Shown here in pieces: positions 14,113 through 26,399 of a stretch of 64,000 nucleotides of DNA; within the stretch, counting starts at the first letter, position 1; each line of letters opens with the position of its first letter. The stretch comes from Eledone cirrhosa. Its lineage: Eukaryota. The position numbers and the translations under genes are program-made. The stretch covers positions 149,110,001 to 149,174,000 of the forward strand of contig OZ024742.1 in assembly GCA_964016885.1 (NCBI GenBank), given 5' to 3'. Below the pieces are notes generated by a model, which was not told where the DNA came from, made no database searches, and was given only the letters and a program-made list of their open reading frames with translations.

Positions 14113-14657
14113 GACTTTTTTCTACAATAGCTCATTCCAACGACAATATTAATTGAAGATCAGTATTGATCAAGACTTCTTCAGAAAGAAAGACTGCTCT
14201 TATACGAAAATATGGTTCAACCTTACGGATTTCGACAATATTTCTTTGTGATATTCGTTGATTTCTTTAAAAACTTTGATTAAAAAAAATAATAATGATA
14301 ACAATATCTAAATCTAACTGTCGATTTTTATATCGTTAAATGAAGGAAGTTCTCATTCTTCTTTGTTGTTATACTTTCTCCCTCTCTCTCTGTTGATTAG
14401 CTAACGCGCACGTAGGTTTGTCTGACTACGTGAATAGTGTATGTGCATCTTTAAAGGGCAGTCTATTTTGCACATACACATATCAACTAATGTGTATATA
14501 TAACAATACGCACACGCGCATCTTATTATTGTTGTTGTTCTTGTTGATGTTGTTGCGGTACGGCTTGTTCTGCTATTTTAGTTATCTGCATTGTGGTAAT
14601 TATTTTTTCAATTTTCAATACTTCGTAAGTTAGACACATACACACACACACACACAC

Positions 14658-14696
<39 letters not shown>

Positions 14697-14700
<4 letters not shown>

Positions 14701-14766
14701 TAAATTTTATGTCTGATCTTCAAACTTATAATTATAAGTTTGAAGATCAGACATAAAATTTACCTA
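14697..14766. repeat. Perfect 70-bp palindrome with no spacer
   Basis: TAGGTAAATTTTATGTCTGATCTTCAAACTTATAA followed directly by its reverse complement; abuts (TA)n. Confidence 0.95.
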
Positions 14767-14924
14767 ATTTTTTTTCTTAATCCGGAGAAATTAACTAAAA
14801 AAATAATTAAACGGAGCTAAGTTTAAAATGCAAGTTTGAAGAAATAATAGATTAATGTATTTCTCTAGCACCGACTGCCGGCAGTTTCGCTTGTACTATG
14901 TGAGAATGTGCAAGATCGCTGCAC

Positions 14925-15515
14925 AAATAGAATTTGCACCACCAGTCTGGAACCCCTATCTTCCTCAGAACATTGACCGCCTGGAAACTGTTCAGAGACG
15001 TGCAACCAAGCGAATACCCTCCATCAGGCATCTACCATACTCTGAACGCCTTGCTTCCCTGGGCATGGATTCATTGAAGCTCCGACGTCTGGCAATGGAC
15101 TCGGTAAACACCCACACAATTGTTAACCATCTTGCAACAACAACCCTGAGCACCTTTTTGATCTCCATGTGTCTAACACACGTGGGCATGCCTACAAAAT
15201 CAGAAAACAGCACAGCTCCCATGACTTTCGGAAACATTTTTTCACGCTTAGAGTTGCTGAAGCATGGAACAAACTACCTGCGTCAGTTGTTAGCTGTCGA
15301 GACACTGCATCCTTTAAAACCCTCATGCTTCCCGAAATTCGCCAAAACTACACCTGATGTACCCCTTCCATACACAGGCACACATGTGTATATCATGACT
15401 CATGCACTGTTCATTTTCCTGACGTTTCTACATTACCCTATGTACTATACATACACCTTTTGATGAGTTGTAGTGCACCTGAGCACTGTACACAATATTT
15501 TCATTATTATTATTA
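14925..15515 (+). mobile_element. CR1/L2-like LINE 3' end
   Basis: EFAPPVWNPY...LETVQRRATK...YSERL...LKLRR and TRGHAYK...FFTLRVAEAWNKLP; (ATT)n tail. Confidence 0.88.
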
Positions 15516-15831
15516 TATATATATATAATGTTTAATATAGAAATGGCTTCTACAGGACTTGAACCTGGGGCTCACACACACACACATATATATGTGCATT
15601 CTATTGCTGCATTAAGTGTAGCCAAAACTCAAGTACAGGTATAGTTTGAAGGTATCCATTTACGTGTGTTGTATTGAAGCGAATAACTATGTGTCTACTA
15701 TGGGTTTTACATAACATTACCTATTGAGTATGCTGAGATGCAACTGGTACTAGCAGTGAAACCCATGCTAGTCCCGTCAACTTATTATATATATATATAT
15801 GTATACATACTTGCACATACATCGACACACA

Positions 15832-15901
<70 letters not shown>

Positions 15902-16029
15902 GTAGGAGGTGAGTTTTATTGTAGTACAATAAAGCAATGCAGATATCGGATAAGAAGCACTCTACAGTTTGTAGGACTGGAGTATACATAATATATAAGA
16001 ACAAAAGATGGTTAAAAGAGTTCCATGTA

Positions 16030-16096
16030 TTTTATTATGCGCATTTCAAAAACAAATATCATCATGCAATAATATTTGTGTTTTCATCAGATAAAA
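16030..16096 (-). ncRNA. Type I hammerhead ribozyme (PLE A, left arm)
   Basis: TTTTAT-CTGATGA-stem II-GAAA-TGCGCA-TA-ATAAAA on the - strand. Confidence 0.8.
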
Positions 16097-16462
16097 CAGG
16101 AAGACATGATATGAAGGTTAAAAAACACTTGTGGATATTGCAGTTTTAAATCAACATATGAGAAGTAGTTTTAGATTGATGTGTGATATTGGGAAAAATA
16201 TTTTATTTTGAGGGGGTTGTTGGAAAGGATGAAAAAGAGGAGGAGATGAGAGTAAACAGTGGAGAGAGAGGAGTATAATGAGGAAGGATGAGGTAGGAGG
16301 AGAGATGGGTGATAGAGAGAGAGAGATAGCTTTTATAACTGAGAAAGATATATTGTTTTACATAGAGAGGTTGAAAACCGTTGGAAGATAATGTATAAAT
16401 TAAAAGAATTTGAAAATTAACGAAGAGAAAAATAATGTAAAGTTAAGGTTTGTATATTGAGG

Positions 16463-16628
16463 GGTTTAATAATATGTGCGATGAAAAGAAAATGTTAATA
16501 TGTATTAAGAATAATATTTAAGGGTTTAATAACATGTGCAATGGAAAGAAAAATTTAATATGTATTAAGAATGATATTTAAGGGTTTAATAATATGTGCG
16601 ATGGAAAGAAAATGTTGATATGTATTAT
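16463..16628. repeat. ~60-bp tandem repeat x~3 inside the PLE A arm (mirror copy at ~18495-18660)
   Basis: Unit GGGTTTAATAATATGTGCGATGGAAAGAAAATGTTAATATGTATTAAGAATAATATTTAA. Confidence 0.85.
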
Positions 16629-19020
16629 TAAAAAGAACAAGAGGTAATTTAAGTAAGGATATATTGTGAGATGAGCATGAATGAGTTAGATGAAAGGGAG
16701 AAAAGAATAATGAATTGAGGATGAATAATCTAACGTCAAAAAAATGTATATGTTTACGAAGGATTTTTACAAGGTGATATAGAGTAAGAATGTATTGTAT
16801 TATGTAATAATTGATTCTATGTTAGGCAACAGTGAGAAAAGGTACAGATTAGGGGTTAGACATTAAAAGAAAAAGAGAAGAAAGGGAAGTGATAAATAGG
16901 AGCGATATAGAATGAGTAACAAGTATTATAGAATGTATAATAACCTTTGAAATAAGGTAGAAAGATGGGTATATTTTTAAAGAAGTGTATATATATATGT
17001 GCCTTTGAGAAAAAATTCTAAATTGATAAAGATTTGGATATTAGCTGTATACTTTGTGGAATGTTTTGTGGAATTTATGCAAGCAGATAGAAAACAAGTC
17101 AGTGCGTCTATTTATTATAGAATCTAAATTAGATATAATGGTAAATTTTTCATTTAGACAGAGATTGCAAATTTTGGATAGAGAACTGTTGAAGTATGGA
17201 GACGCAGATGAAACCTTCTTCCAAAAGATGCTATATTTAATATTTTTGTCTTTCAAGGACCATATGAGTTCTGAGAGAGCCGTGTTGGTTCTTTTAAGTT
17301 TGTATTTAAAAGACGAATGATGGTTATAAAGACGAGCTTTAAAAGAGGTGGAAGTGGAGCCAAAATAGGTGAAGGAATTGGTGTCAGTTATAACTTTACA
17401 ATCGTAAATTAAGTTTTTATCAAGACAATGGTTGTTGAGAGGCCATTTATTTTTAACAGGGCAATTGCAATTGCGATTAGAGAGATTATTAACGAGTGAC
17501 CTAGTGTTATCTATAGAAGGAATTGGTTTGGAGAAGTTATTTGCGATAGGAGTAATAGTTTCTTGATTTAGAATGGGATTAAGAACATTTAGCGAAGTTG
17601 TGTTTGACGTTGTATTTGGGTTTGCAGAAATTAGCCTAGGGTTTACAATGACGTCGGGAGTACTATTACTATTATTATGATATTCAGTGTTGGAAGGAAG
17701 AGATTTAGTATTTAGTATTTTATTGTTGTGTTTAGAGATAATGTTGGAAATGTTGGAGGATGTAGAATAGGAAAATTTTATAGTGTGTTTGTTAAATATT
17801 TTACTATAGATATGTGAGGGAGGGAAGCATTTATTTAAGGCACTAAAGAATAATTTAGGAATATTGTTATTAATAGAGATGGAGAAAGGAGCATTATACT
17901 AGATTATGTTTTTGTATCTAGGTCTTTTATTAAAGTTATTGGAATGATCATGATTAATTATTCTACTGTAAGTTCTTCTAGAATTTGTTTCTTTACTATA
18001 TTTGATTTTATCAGGATAGCCGGCTTTAGAAAGCGCGTTATTATAGTAATTGGCGTTAGCATCAAAGATGTTTTTATTAGAAGATAGGTTAGATATTCTT
18101 TTTCCAATATTACTAACTATAGCATTCTTGATATTAGTAGGATGGTTAGATTTAAAGTTAACATAATTTAGGTTCTCATTGTTTTTATGGTAAGGGTAAT
18201 ATAGGCCAGTGTCAAGATTAAGAGATACATCCAAGAAATTAGCTAGTTTGATACTGTTATCAAATTCAATTTTTAGGTTATGTTGGTTAAAGAGATTACG
18301 TATATTGTTCTTAATAATATTAAGGTTAACTATGTTGCAATTTATCACCTTGTAAAAATCCTTCGTAAACATATACATTTTTTTGACGTTAGATTATTCA
18401 TCCTCAATTCATTATTCTTTTCTCCCTTTCATCTAACTCATTCATGCTCATCTCACAATATATCCTTACTTAAATTACCTCTTGTTCTTTTTAATAATAC
18501 ATATCAACATTTTCTTTCCATCGCACATATTATTAAACCCTTAAATATCATTCTTAATACATATTAAATTTTTCTTTCCATTGCACATGTTATTAAACCC
18601 TTAAATATTATTCTTAATACATATTAACATTTTCTTTTCATCGCACATATTATTAAACCCCTCAATATACAAACCTTAACTTTACATTATTTTTCTCTTC
18701 GTTAATTTTCAAATTCTTTCAATTTATACATTATCTTCCAACGGTTTTCAACCTCTCTATGTAAAACAATATATCTTTCTCAGTTATAAAAGCTATCTCT
18801 CTCTATCACCCATCTCTCCTCCTATCTCATCCTTCCTCATTATACTCCTCTCTCTCCACTGTTTACTCTCATCTCCTCCTCTTTTTCATCCCCCCCCCCC
18901 CCCCCTCAAAATAAAATATTTTCCCCAATATCACACATCAATCTAAAACTACTTCTCATATGTTGATTTAAAACTGCACTATCCACAAGTGTTTTTTAAC
19001 CTTCATATCATGTCTTCCTG

Positions 19021-19085
19021 TTTTATCTGATGAAAACAAATATTATTGCATGATGATATTTGTTTTTGAAATGCGCATAATAAAA
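19021..19085 (+). ncRNA. Type I hammerhead ribozyme (PLE A, right arm)
   Basis: TTTTAT CTGATGA AAACAAATATTA..TGATATTTGTTTTT GAAA TGCGCA TA ATAAAA. Confidence 0.8.
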
Positions 19086-19117
19086 TACATGGAACTCTTT
19101 TAACCATCTTTTGTTCT

Positions 19118-19190
<73 letters not shown>

Positions 19191-19194
<4 letters not shown>

Positions 19195-21420
19195 AAGAAT
19201 GAAGAATAACATGGTCGGTTCTACAAGGGGCTTTATTTCAAGTATTAACAATTGTTTCATTGATCAGGTGAGTCTAAAAGCCGCTAATTACTCGAAGTTG
19301 CGTCACTCGATCTTAAATACAGTGTTTACCTCTGATCAAATCCTCAGAATACTAGAGAACTCACATATGGCAATGGTATATATAGATACAGCGTAGAATC
19401 AAAACAATAACATCAATAATAAAATATAATGATAAAGAGGTAAAGAAGTTACAGATGTAAAAAGTAAAAAAATATATAAGTACAGAATACAATAGTTGAT
19501 AATAGTGGTGGTGGTGAGTAAGTGTATGTATAACGATGTGAGGGTGGAGGTAATACTAACATGAAAAGCAACATTAGATATATACATACATACGTGGTGG
19601 TCAAAGGGTTAGAAGTAGAGAATAAGAGGTAGCAACAAATGACAGATAAAAAATAAAAACAATAAATTAAAAATTAAGTGAGAGATACCAGGATGAGACA
19701 TAAAGGATAGGGCTAAGGACGGGGAAGGGGGATTTTGATATGTGTGTGTGGTAAATGTTTAGCGTGCTTATTGTCTTATCTTAATGGGGTTGATGTGGCT
19801 TTAGGGAGAGAGAGTGAAAGAAAGGTTAGGAGATTTATGATCTAGTGACCAGTCGGTCAGTTGACAGCTAATAACAGTGTGGTGGTATGTATTCCGTACA
19901 TTAAAATCCGGGTGGTTCAGCTCGAATTTTGAGATTGCTGGGTTGAATCATGTTGGTTTGAAATTTGTGAACTTGGTAGCTGCTTTGTGCCTACAGAAAA
20001 TTGATCTTTCTATTTTGCTGTTAAGCAGCATCTTATCGCACTTTAAAATATGGAATAGCTCCATATTGCAAAGTCCGATGTGGGACATTCCATTGTTGTA
20101 GGCCCTTGCTCCCGATAATTTCGACCAGCTAATCCTATATTCCTGGTTTGTGTTCTTAATTTGGCAGATTTTATTGGCCAGCGTTGTTGAGTTCTCTAGT
20201 CTACGGTTCTTCATAGAGTGTCTGTGAACGTACCATCTTTTTTTTAATTCCCCAGCTGTGGAACCTATGTAGTGCCATGTCAAGTTGCCCAAATTTATAG
20301 TACACAAGTACACCATACTTGATTCCAAGCATCTATTTTGTTGTGGGCACTTATCCGACAGGTGGCAGTTACAGTTGGAGGCCTTCGTCTGTGCAGGTTC
20401 TCCGTTGCAGTTTTGTATGTTGTTATGGGTGGGTTGAGATTTAGGCCTATTAATGTTTTGTTGTGATGCACCCTGATGTGTGTGTGGTTTTGATGTGGTT
20501 ATGTGTTTGCGTTTTGTATTTGGTGCTATGGTGTATGTTGGTAGGTTATTTTCTATAGAGATATTTTTGTAGTTGATTTTATGTATGTGTGATTCTATGT
20601 TGGCTGCAGTAGAGTAAGAGAGTTTGATAGTTTTTCTGTTAAAGATTCTATGGTATTTGTGTAGTTTAGGGAAGTGATTGTCAATTAGCTTAAAGAATGT
20701 AGAAGGTAATTTGGTTTTTATAGAGGAGTTGAATATTGGATTGAACCATAAGTATTTCCTGTCTCTGGATTTTCTATAGTTCCTAGGGGTCCCTATATTA
20801 GTGTTCGGTTCAGTTATTTCTGGTGCTCGTTGTCTAATTCTATGTTTAGTTCTATGTTTGTTATTTCTATAGGTGTGGGTGGTGTAGCTGTCGTTAGGTT
20901 TGTTGTTGCTGTCTCTATCTGGTATGTATTTGAGCCCCTCCTTATGTCCTGCCTTATGTAAAGGTAAGTTATAGTAATTTGCGTGTTCGTTAAAAATTTC
21001 TAGGTTAGAAGATAGGCGGGATATTCTGAGGGATATACTATGTGCTATAGAGTTAATTATGGATTGAGGGTGGTTTGAGTTATAACTAATGTAGGCTAGA
21101 TTCTCGTTATTTTTATGGAAGGGCTCTATTAATCCTGCTTAGGTTGAGTGTTACATCTAAGAAGTTTGCTTTTTTAGAGTTAAGTTCGAAAGTGATACCT
21201 AGGCCTAGTTTGCTGAAGAAGACTGATGTTTTTCCGTCATTTTTCCATGTTTTGATTATTTAAGTTCTTAGTTAAAAGGAGTGTGTTATCTCTATAAATT
21301 CCTCCTTCAAGATTATTAAATTCCTTATGTAAGTTATGCGCTATATATATATATATACCAACTATGTCTGTTACCTGTGCTGAGTCGCTAGATCCCATTG
21401 TGATATAAATATATATATAT
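19191..21420 (-). mobile_element. Penelope-like element B, 5'-truncated and mutated
   Basis: ITMGSSDSAQVTD..GGIYRDN RT remnant, SNHP, WFNP.FN linker, GIY-YIG (VYLC..YIGSTAGELKKRWYVH) ending at 19948, long 3'UTR up to (TA)n. Confidence 0.9.
19241..19353 (-). ncRNA. Type I hammerhead ribozyme with a very long stem II insert (PLE B)
   Basis: AGTATT CTGAGGA TTTGATCAG...CTGATCAAT GAAA CAATTG TT AATACT; stem I AGTATT/AATACT. Confidence 0.72.
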
Positions 21421-21669
21421 ATTACTAAAAGTCTGTGATTGCTTGCTTGCTTGTCTGTAATGTAATACAGCCAAAAGGGTGCATAATGGGAAAATACTTT
21501 GAAAGGAAGTTTCCCTGAAATGGGAATACAAATGGAATAAAACAATTTTTGTGTAAATCGAAGCACGGGTTCCCGAGATACATGGTTTTCATAAACAGAA
21601 AGAGAGAAAGAGATAGTAGTTGTAAAAGAGTAGATTGAAAGAGAGACATAGAGTGAGTGTGTGTGTGTG

Positions 21670-21672
<3 letters not shown>

Positions 21673-21721
<49 letters not shown>

Positions 21722-21929
21722 AAATATTGTGTACAGTGCTCAGATGCAATACAACTCATCAAAAGTGTATGTATAGTACATAGGGTAATGTACAAACGTC
21801 AGGAAAATGAACAGTGCATGAGTCATGATATACACATGTGTGCCTGTGTATGGAAGGGGGACATCAGGTGTAGTTTTGACGAATTTCAGGAAGCATGAGG
21901 GTTTTAAAGGATGCAGTGTCTCGGCAGCT
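21673..21929 (-). mobile_element. CR1/L2-like LINE 3' end (same family as 14925-15515)
   Basis: Near-identical reverse complement of 15292-15515 with a long (ATT)n tail. Confidence 0.88.
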
Positions 21930-22041
21930 ATATATATATGTGCGTGTCTTTGACCAGTGTATATAGATCACAGACACCCAACCCACATATATATATACAC
22001 ACACACATACATATATATCTATTGTATATATATGTATACAA

Positions 22042-22075
<34 letters not shown>

Positions 22076-22079
22076 GGGC

Positions 22080-22210
22080 CTTCTAATTTCATTTCACATT
22101 ATATACATGTCTGTGTACATTTGAATTATTTAAAAATTATTTTTAAGTGAACATGATTTAAAAAAAATATTTTGAAGTGAACGTGACCCAACGGGTCACA
22201 GGTGGTCTAG
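22080..22210 (+). mobile_element. Helitron 3' terminus fragment
   Basis: GTGACCC-AAC-GGGTCAC hairpin followed after 7 nt by CTAG|T. Confidence 0.6.
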
Positions 22211-22429
22211 TATATATATATACGATATATATATATGATAGCCACCCCTTCATCGGGTATAGCTATCAAATGACATCAGCTTGAGTCATGTGAGTGCTGC
22301 GAACGGATATGGCTTTTTAGGCCTGTGTAGCAAGAGTTGCCTCCCTTTCACAGTGTTTTGCACAGAGGTTGCAGGTATGTATTGCTCTCAGAGGCTCATT
22401 ATGCACTTTGATGTGCCTTTTTAGGCGAC

Positions 22430-23232
22430 CAGCAGACCTACATTCTTTGTTACAGGTTTACATATGTATGCTGTATTTCCAGCCATGGCAATTTGGTAAT
22501 CAGCAGGAGCTCTATATCCATGACAGCGAAGATGACTTTTTTTAGCAGCTGTGCTGAAGCAGAATCTGTCACAGATTTCACGTGTTAAACTATGGACCTC
22601 GCCAGTTTGTTGTGGTATAACGACAGTGAGACTCTTTCTCATATCCCTTTTTGATTTCTCATTTTGCATGCCAGATGTCTTGAAAACAATTTTTCTTTGA
22701 TAGATCTTTTTTCTCCATTTACTTCTATCGAAGGATTCAGTTTCCCATGTTGTAATATTGCTGTTAGCTCATATAACAGCCATATATCTCTTCCTGGGCT
22801 TATGAGACGGTCACTTTCCACTGGCTAGTTTTCCATACAACATCCTCTTGGGAAGCTGGCTATCATCTATGTGCGCCATGTGACCACTGCATCTCAGCAG
22901 AAATTTGATGTTCTCGCAGTGCATTCTCTCAAGAACTTTAGTGTTACTTACATGGGATCTCCAGTCAATTCCTGCATTCCTTCTGAGACTTGTTTGGTGA
23001 AACATTTCAAGTTGTTTGTAGTGATGCTGTAAGTTACCCATGTTTCACAAGTGTACAGTAATGATGTGAGAACACAAGCATTGTACACTTTTACTTAGTG
23101 AAATCCTGTTGGGACCAAAGATGCGCCTCAAGCTTTCCAAAAGCATGGCTTGCTTTCTGAATCCTGAGATTCACTTCATTATCCAGGTTGCAAGACCTGT
23201 TCACAGTGCTTCCAAGGTAAACAAACTTTTCT
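22430..23232 (-). mobile_element. Degraded RTE (BovB-like) LINE 3' part
   Basis: FVYLGSTV, LLYTCETW, HYKQLEMFHQTSLR..GHMAHIDDSQLPKRMLYGKL. Confidence 0.7.
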
Positions 23233-24244
23233 GGAAGTAAATTCATATACTAGTTACCAGGCTTAAAACAAAAGAAAAAAAAAAGAAAAGAAAGATTTCC
23301 TTACACATATTAATTTCATTTCACTTTAAAATGCTTGAGTTCACATTAAATTGAGGAGAGGTAAGTTTCCAAAAGAGGAAATATCCAGATATTGCAATGT
23401 CATATTGATAACTGATAGAATTCCTATGCTAAATGTACTGTTATGTATGTATGTATATATATGTATGTATATATACATATATATATATATAGTGAATCTA
23501 TGCAGTGAGATTTGAACTATTGTTCCCTCAGTTGGCAAAATAAAGCATGCGACCACATACACTGACCATATATGCCTCATAGATAAGTGATTTCCTTTGT
23601 ACGGTGCTTGGTGAATTTTACTTTTTTTGTTTTTGGGACTCGTGTTGCCAAACTGTCTAGAAGAATACAGTTTTCGGGGCGGCGGGGGGGGGGGGGGGAT
23701 TTGCTTATTGACAATGAGAACAGAATCCTTGTAAATAGTCTGCACTCAGCTGTAAAAGCAACCAGTCTGATTCAGTTTACAACAGAGATCAGAACGGTGT
23801 AGTTGCCAACAAACTCACTCCAACCCGTTGAGTGTAAGCAAGCCAAGACAGCCATACTCCTGTTCCATTCAAACAAAGGTTAGTTCCGTGCACCTTTTCA
23901 GACTAATATGACATTCATGCTAAACCAAATCACAAGCATGAAATGCAATTTCGCTTTGACACTTTGTTGTTTTTCCTGTGTTATCATAATAACTTCAACA
24001 TATGTTATTTCTTAATAAAAATTATTAAAGTAGCAGTGTTTTTTATTGTTCATTCAATATCTGCAATTTCACTTTCAACTACAGGTTATGGCAACCACAC
24101 ATCTCAACTCACTAAGAAACACACACAATTTATCTGCTATAAGTCACAAACATTTCCAACTGCCTTATATGGAAGAGAGCAACTCAAAAAATCGCCCATC
24201 GAGCCAAATATCACTTCTACAAATTCTGCCACTCTACAATGAAC

Positions 24245-26392
24245 AAACTTCTTCATCCTATCCTTATTCTAGTTATTATGCTTTCAGAGCACCCTCCTCC
24301 ACTACTAATTAAGTCACCTAGATAGCTGAAGCTAGCAACCACTTTTATGGACCCTTCCTGTGACTTGAAGAATTTTATATCACTGCCACTCTTCCCTTTG
24401 ATTACTCCTGTGCATCTTCTACATACAAAGTCTTCCTTTTCAGTTAGTCTACCCACTACATCTCTTCTATATCCAAGATTTACATTGTGTACACTGTATG
24501 GAGTTTATGCATACTCCTATTCTACAGAGGGAGCAGGACCACTTCCCTATGGGGGATCAGGGACTTATCTTCTTTCCTATTCACTAGCACTTTAGTTTTG
24601 GCTAAGTTTACTCTCAGACCTTTCTATTCCAAATTCCGTTTCCATAGTCGGAACTTATTTTCTAGTTCTTTTGTGGATTTGGCTTTAAGGACCAAATCAT
24701 CTGCATAGAGAAGTTCCTATGAACAACCAGTTTTAAATTCCTCTGTTATGGCCTAGAGAACTCTGATGAACAACAGTGTGCTAAGAACTGAACCTTGATG
24801 AACTTCTACTTGTACCTTGAATTCCTCACTAAACTCACTACCTACTATCCCTTTACTGACACCACCTCTGTATATGGCTTGCATATTCTCACAAGCCATT
24901 CTTGTGTAATAGAGCAAGGTACTCTGTCAAAGGTCTTTTCTAGATCAATAAAAGCTAAATATAGTGGCTTATTCTTGGCTAGGAACTTCTCTTGTAGTTG
25001 CCTCACTATGAAGTACTTTTCCCAGGCATGAGACCAAACTGCATCTTATCTAATTTGACTCTTTCCGTAATAAGTTGTTCTATAACTCATTCTGTCATTT
25101 TCATAACTCGGTCCATTAGTTTTATTCCTCTATAGTTGCTCCTTTCTAGAGCAACACCTTTGCAGGTTACTAGTTTGATTCCTACTTTCACAATGCTTTT
25201 AACATCTCAGTCACTATTTCTGACAGGCCCACAACTTTACATTTTTCATCTCTTTGATTGCTTCTTTGATCCTATAACTGTCAACTTCAATAGCTGGTCC
25301 TTCTGTTGGGTAAGTTGAGGGTAGTTTCTCTTCCTTCCATTCATTCTCTACATTCCTCAACCTCTCATAGTAACATTTCCAGGCCTCTTCCTTTTTTGGG
25401 CATCAGTGATGCTAAGTGTACCAGTGTCATTTCTAACACATTTTCCCCCAACAACATCTCGATTTACACTAACACACTGCCATGCAATGCAAAACACTTC
25501 ACATCTCTGGTCCACACATTTCAAGATATTGGCAAACTTTCTTTTTTCAGCCTCTCTTCAAGCTGTGTATACCTGCCGTCTAGCTTCTTGCTTAGCTACC
25601 TGGTATTGGCCTCTGCTACCCCATTTTCCCAGTCTTTCCATGCCTGTCTCTTGGCTTTAATGGGTCTATCCACTGTGCTGTCTATCCACCCTCTGTCTGG
25701 CTGGTGTTTTACTTCAGCCACAAGTCTTGTTAGTAGTTTGGAAACGGTTGTCACATAGGAATTTCCAGTTGTGCTCTACGTTATATGTACCTAACTCATC
25801 ACCTCTCTCATCTACTGCATCTTGTAGGGCTTTTCTAAACATATATTAAATGAGAGGTCTTTTAGCTTCCAAACCCTCTGCTTCCTATTTTCCCATGTAT
25901 CTTGTTCTGTCTTGTGTTGATTTTATGTTGCTAATAACTAAATTGTGTTGTGAAGTGTATTCATCCTCAGGGAAGGCCTTAGTATTTATTACAGTCTGTT
26001 TATCTTGTCTTACAAATATGTAATCAATTTGGTTTGTGTGTTTCCATGATTGTTATGAAATTAGGTGGCTGGCTGGTTTTTTGAAATTTGTATTGCAAAT
26101 GGTTAGTTCATTCATGTCATAGAATTCCAGGAGCCTCAATTCCTCTTCCTTTCTTGAACCATAACCATAGTTGTTGTGAACTCCACATAATCCGTCATGG
26201 TACTGTCCCACATATCTATTGAAGTCACCTGCAGGATGATAAGGTCTCTTTTATCACTACCCGAAGTTGTCTGTAAAAATTCCTCATAGAACCTGTCCTC
26301 TTTACTTGAACCTGCCTGTGGAACATAAGTAGATGATTCTACGTCTATCATCTTATCTATGCATTTCTCAGCTAGTAAGATGCCTACACTTC
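24245..26392 (-). mobile_element. Degraded RTE LINE (endonuclease through RT)
   Basis: Remnants of YVPQAG, QIDYI, YRGIKL, QGSVLS, LLYADDL and FSYLG. Confidence 0.8.
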
Positions 26393-26399
26393 TTAGTAA

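Larger units (their letters stand above)
15899..19128 (-). mobile_element. Penelope-like element A, 5'-truncated, with inverted terminal arms
   Basis: Minus-strand RT thumb (ANFLDVSLNL..YPYHK..SNHP) and GIY-YIG domain (IYDCK..TYFGSTS..FKARLYNH..CNLC) from ~18340 to 17041, one in-frame stop at 17899; ~790-bp inverted arms 15988-16779 and 18343-19126; (TA)n on both sides. Confidence 0.92.

Noticed and set aside
15725-15785. CTGAGATG...GAAAC as a hammerhead
   Set aside because: Core lacks CUGANGA spacing and no stem I or III pairing is evident
18890-18905. Poly-C run in the PLE A right arm as a functional element
   Set aside because: The other arm has mixed sequence at this position; likely a sequencing or assembly artefact
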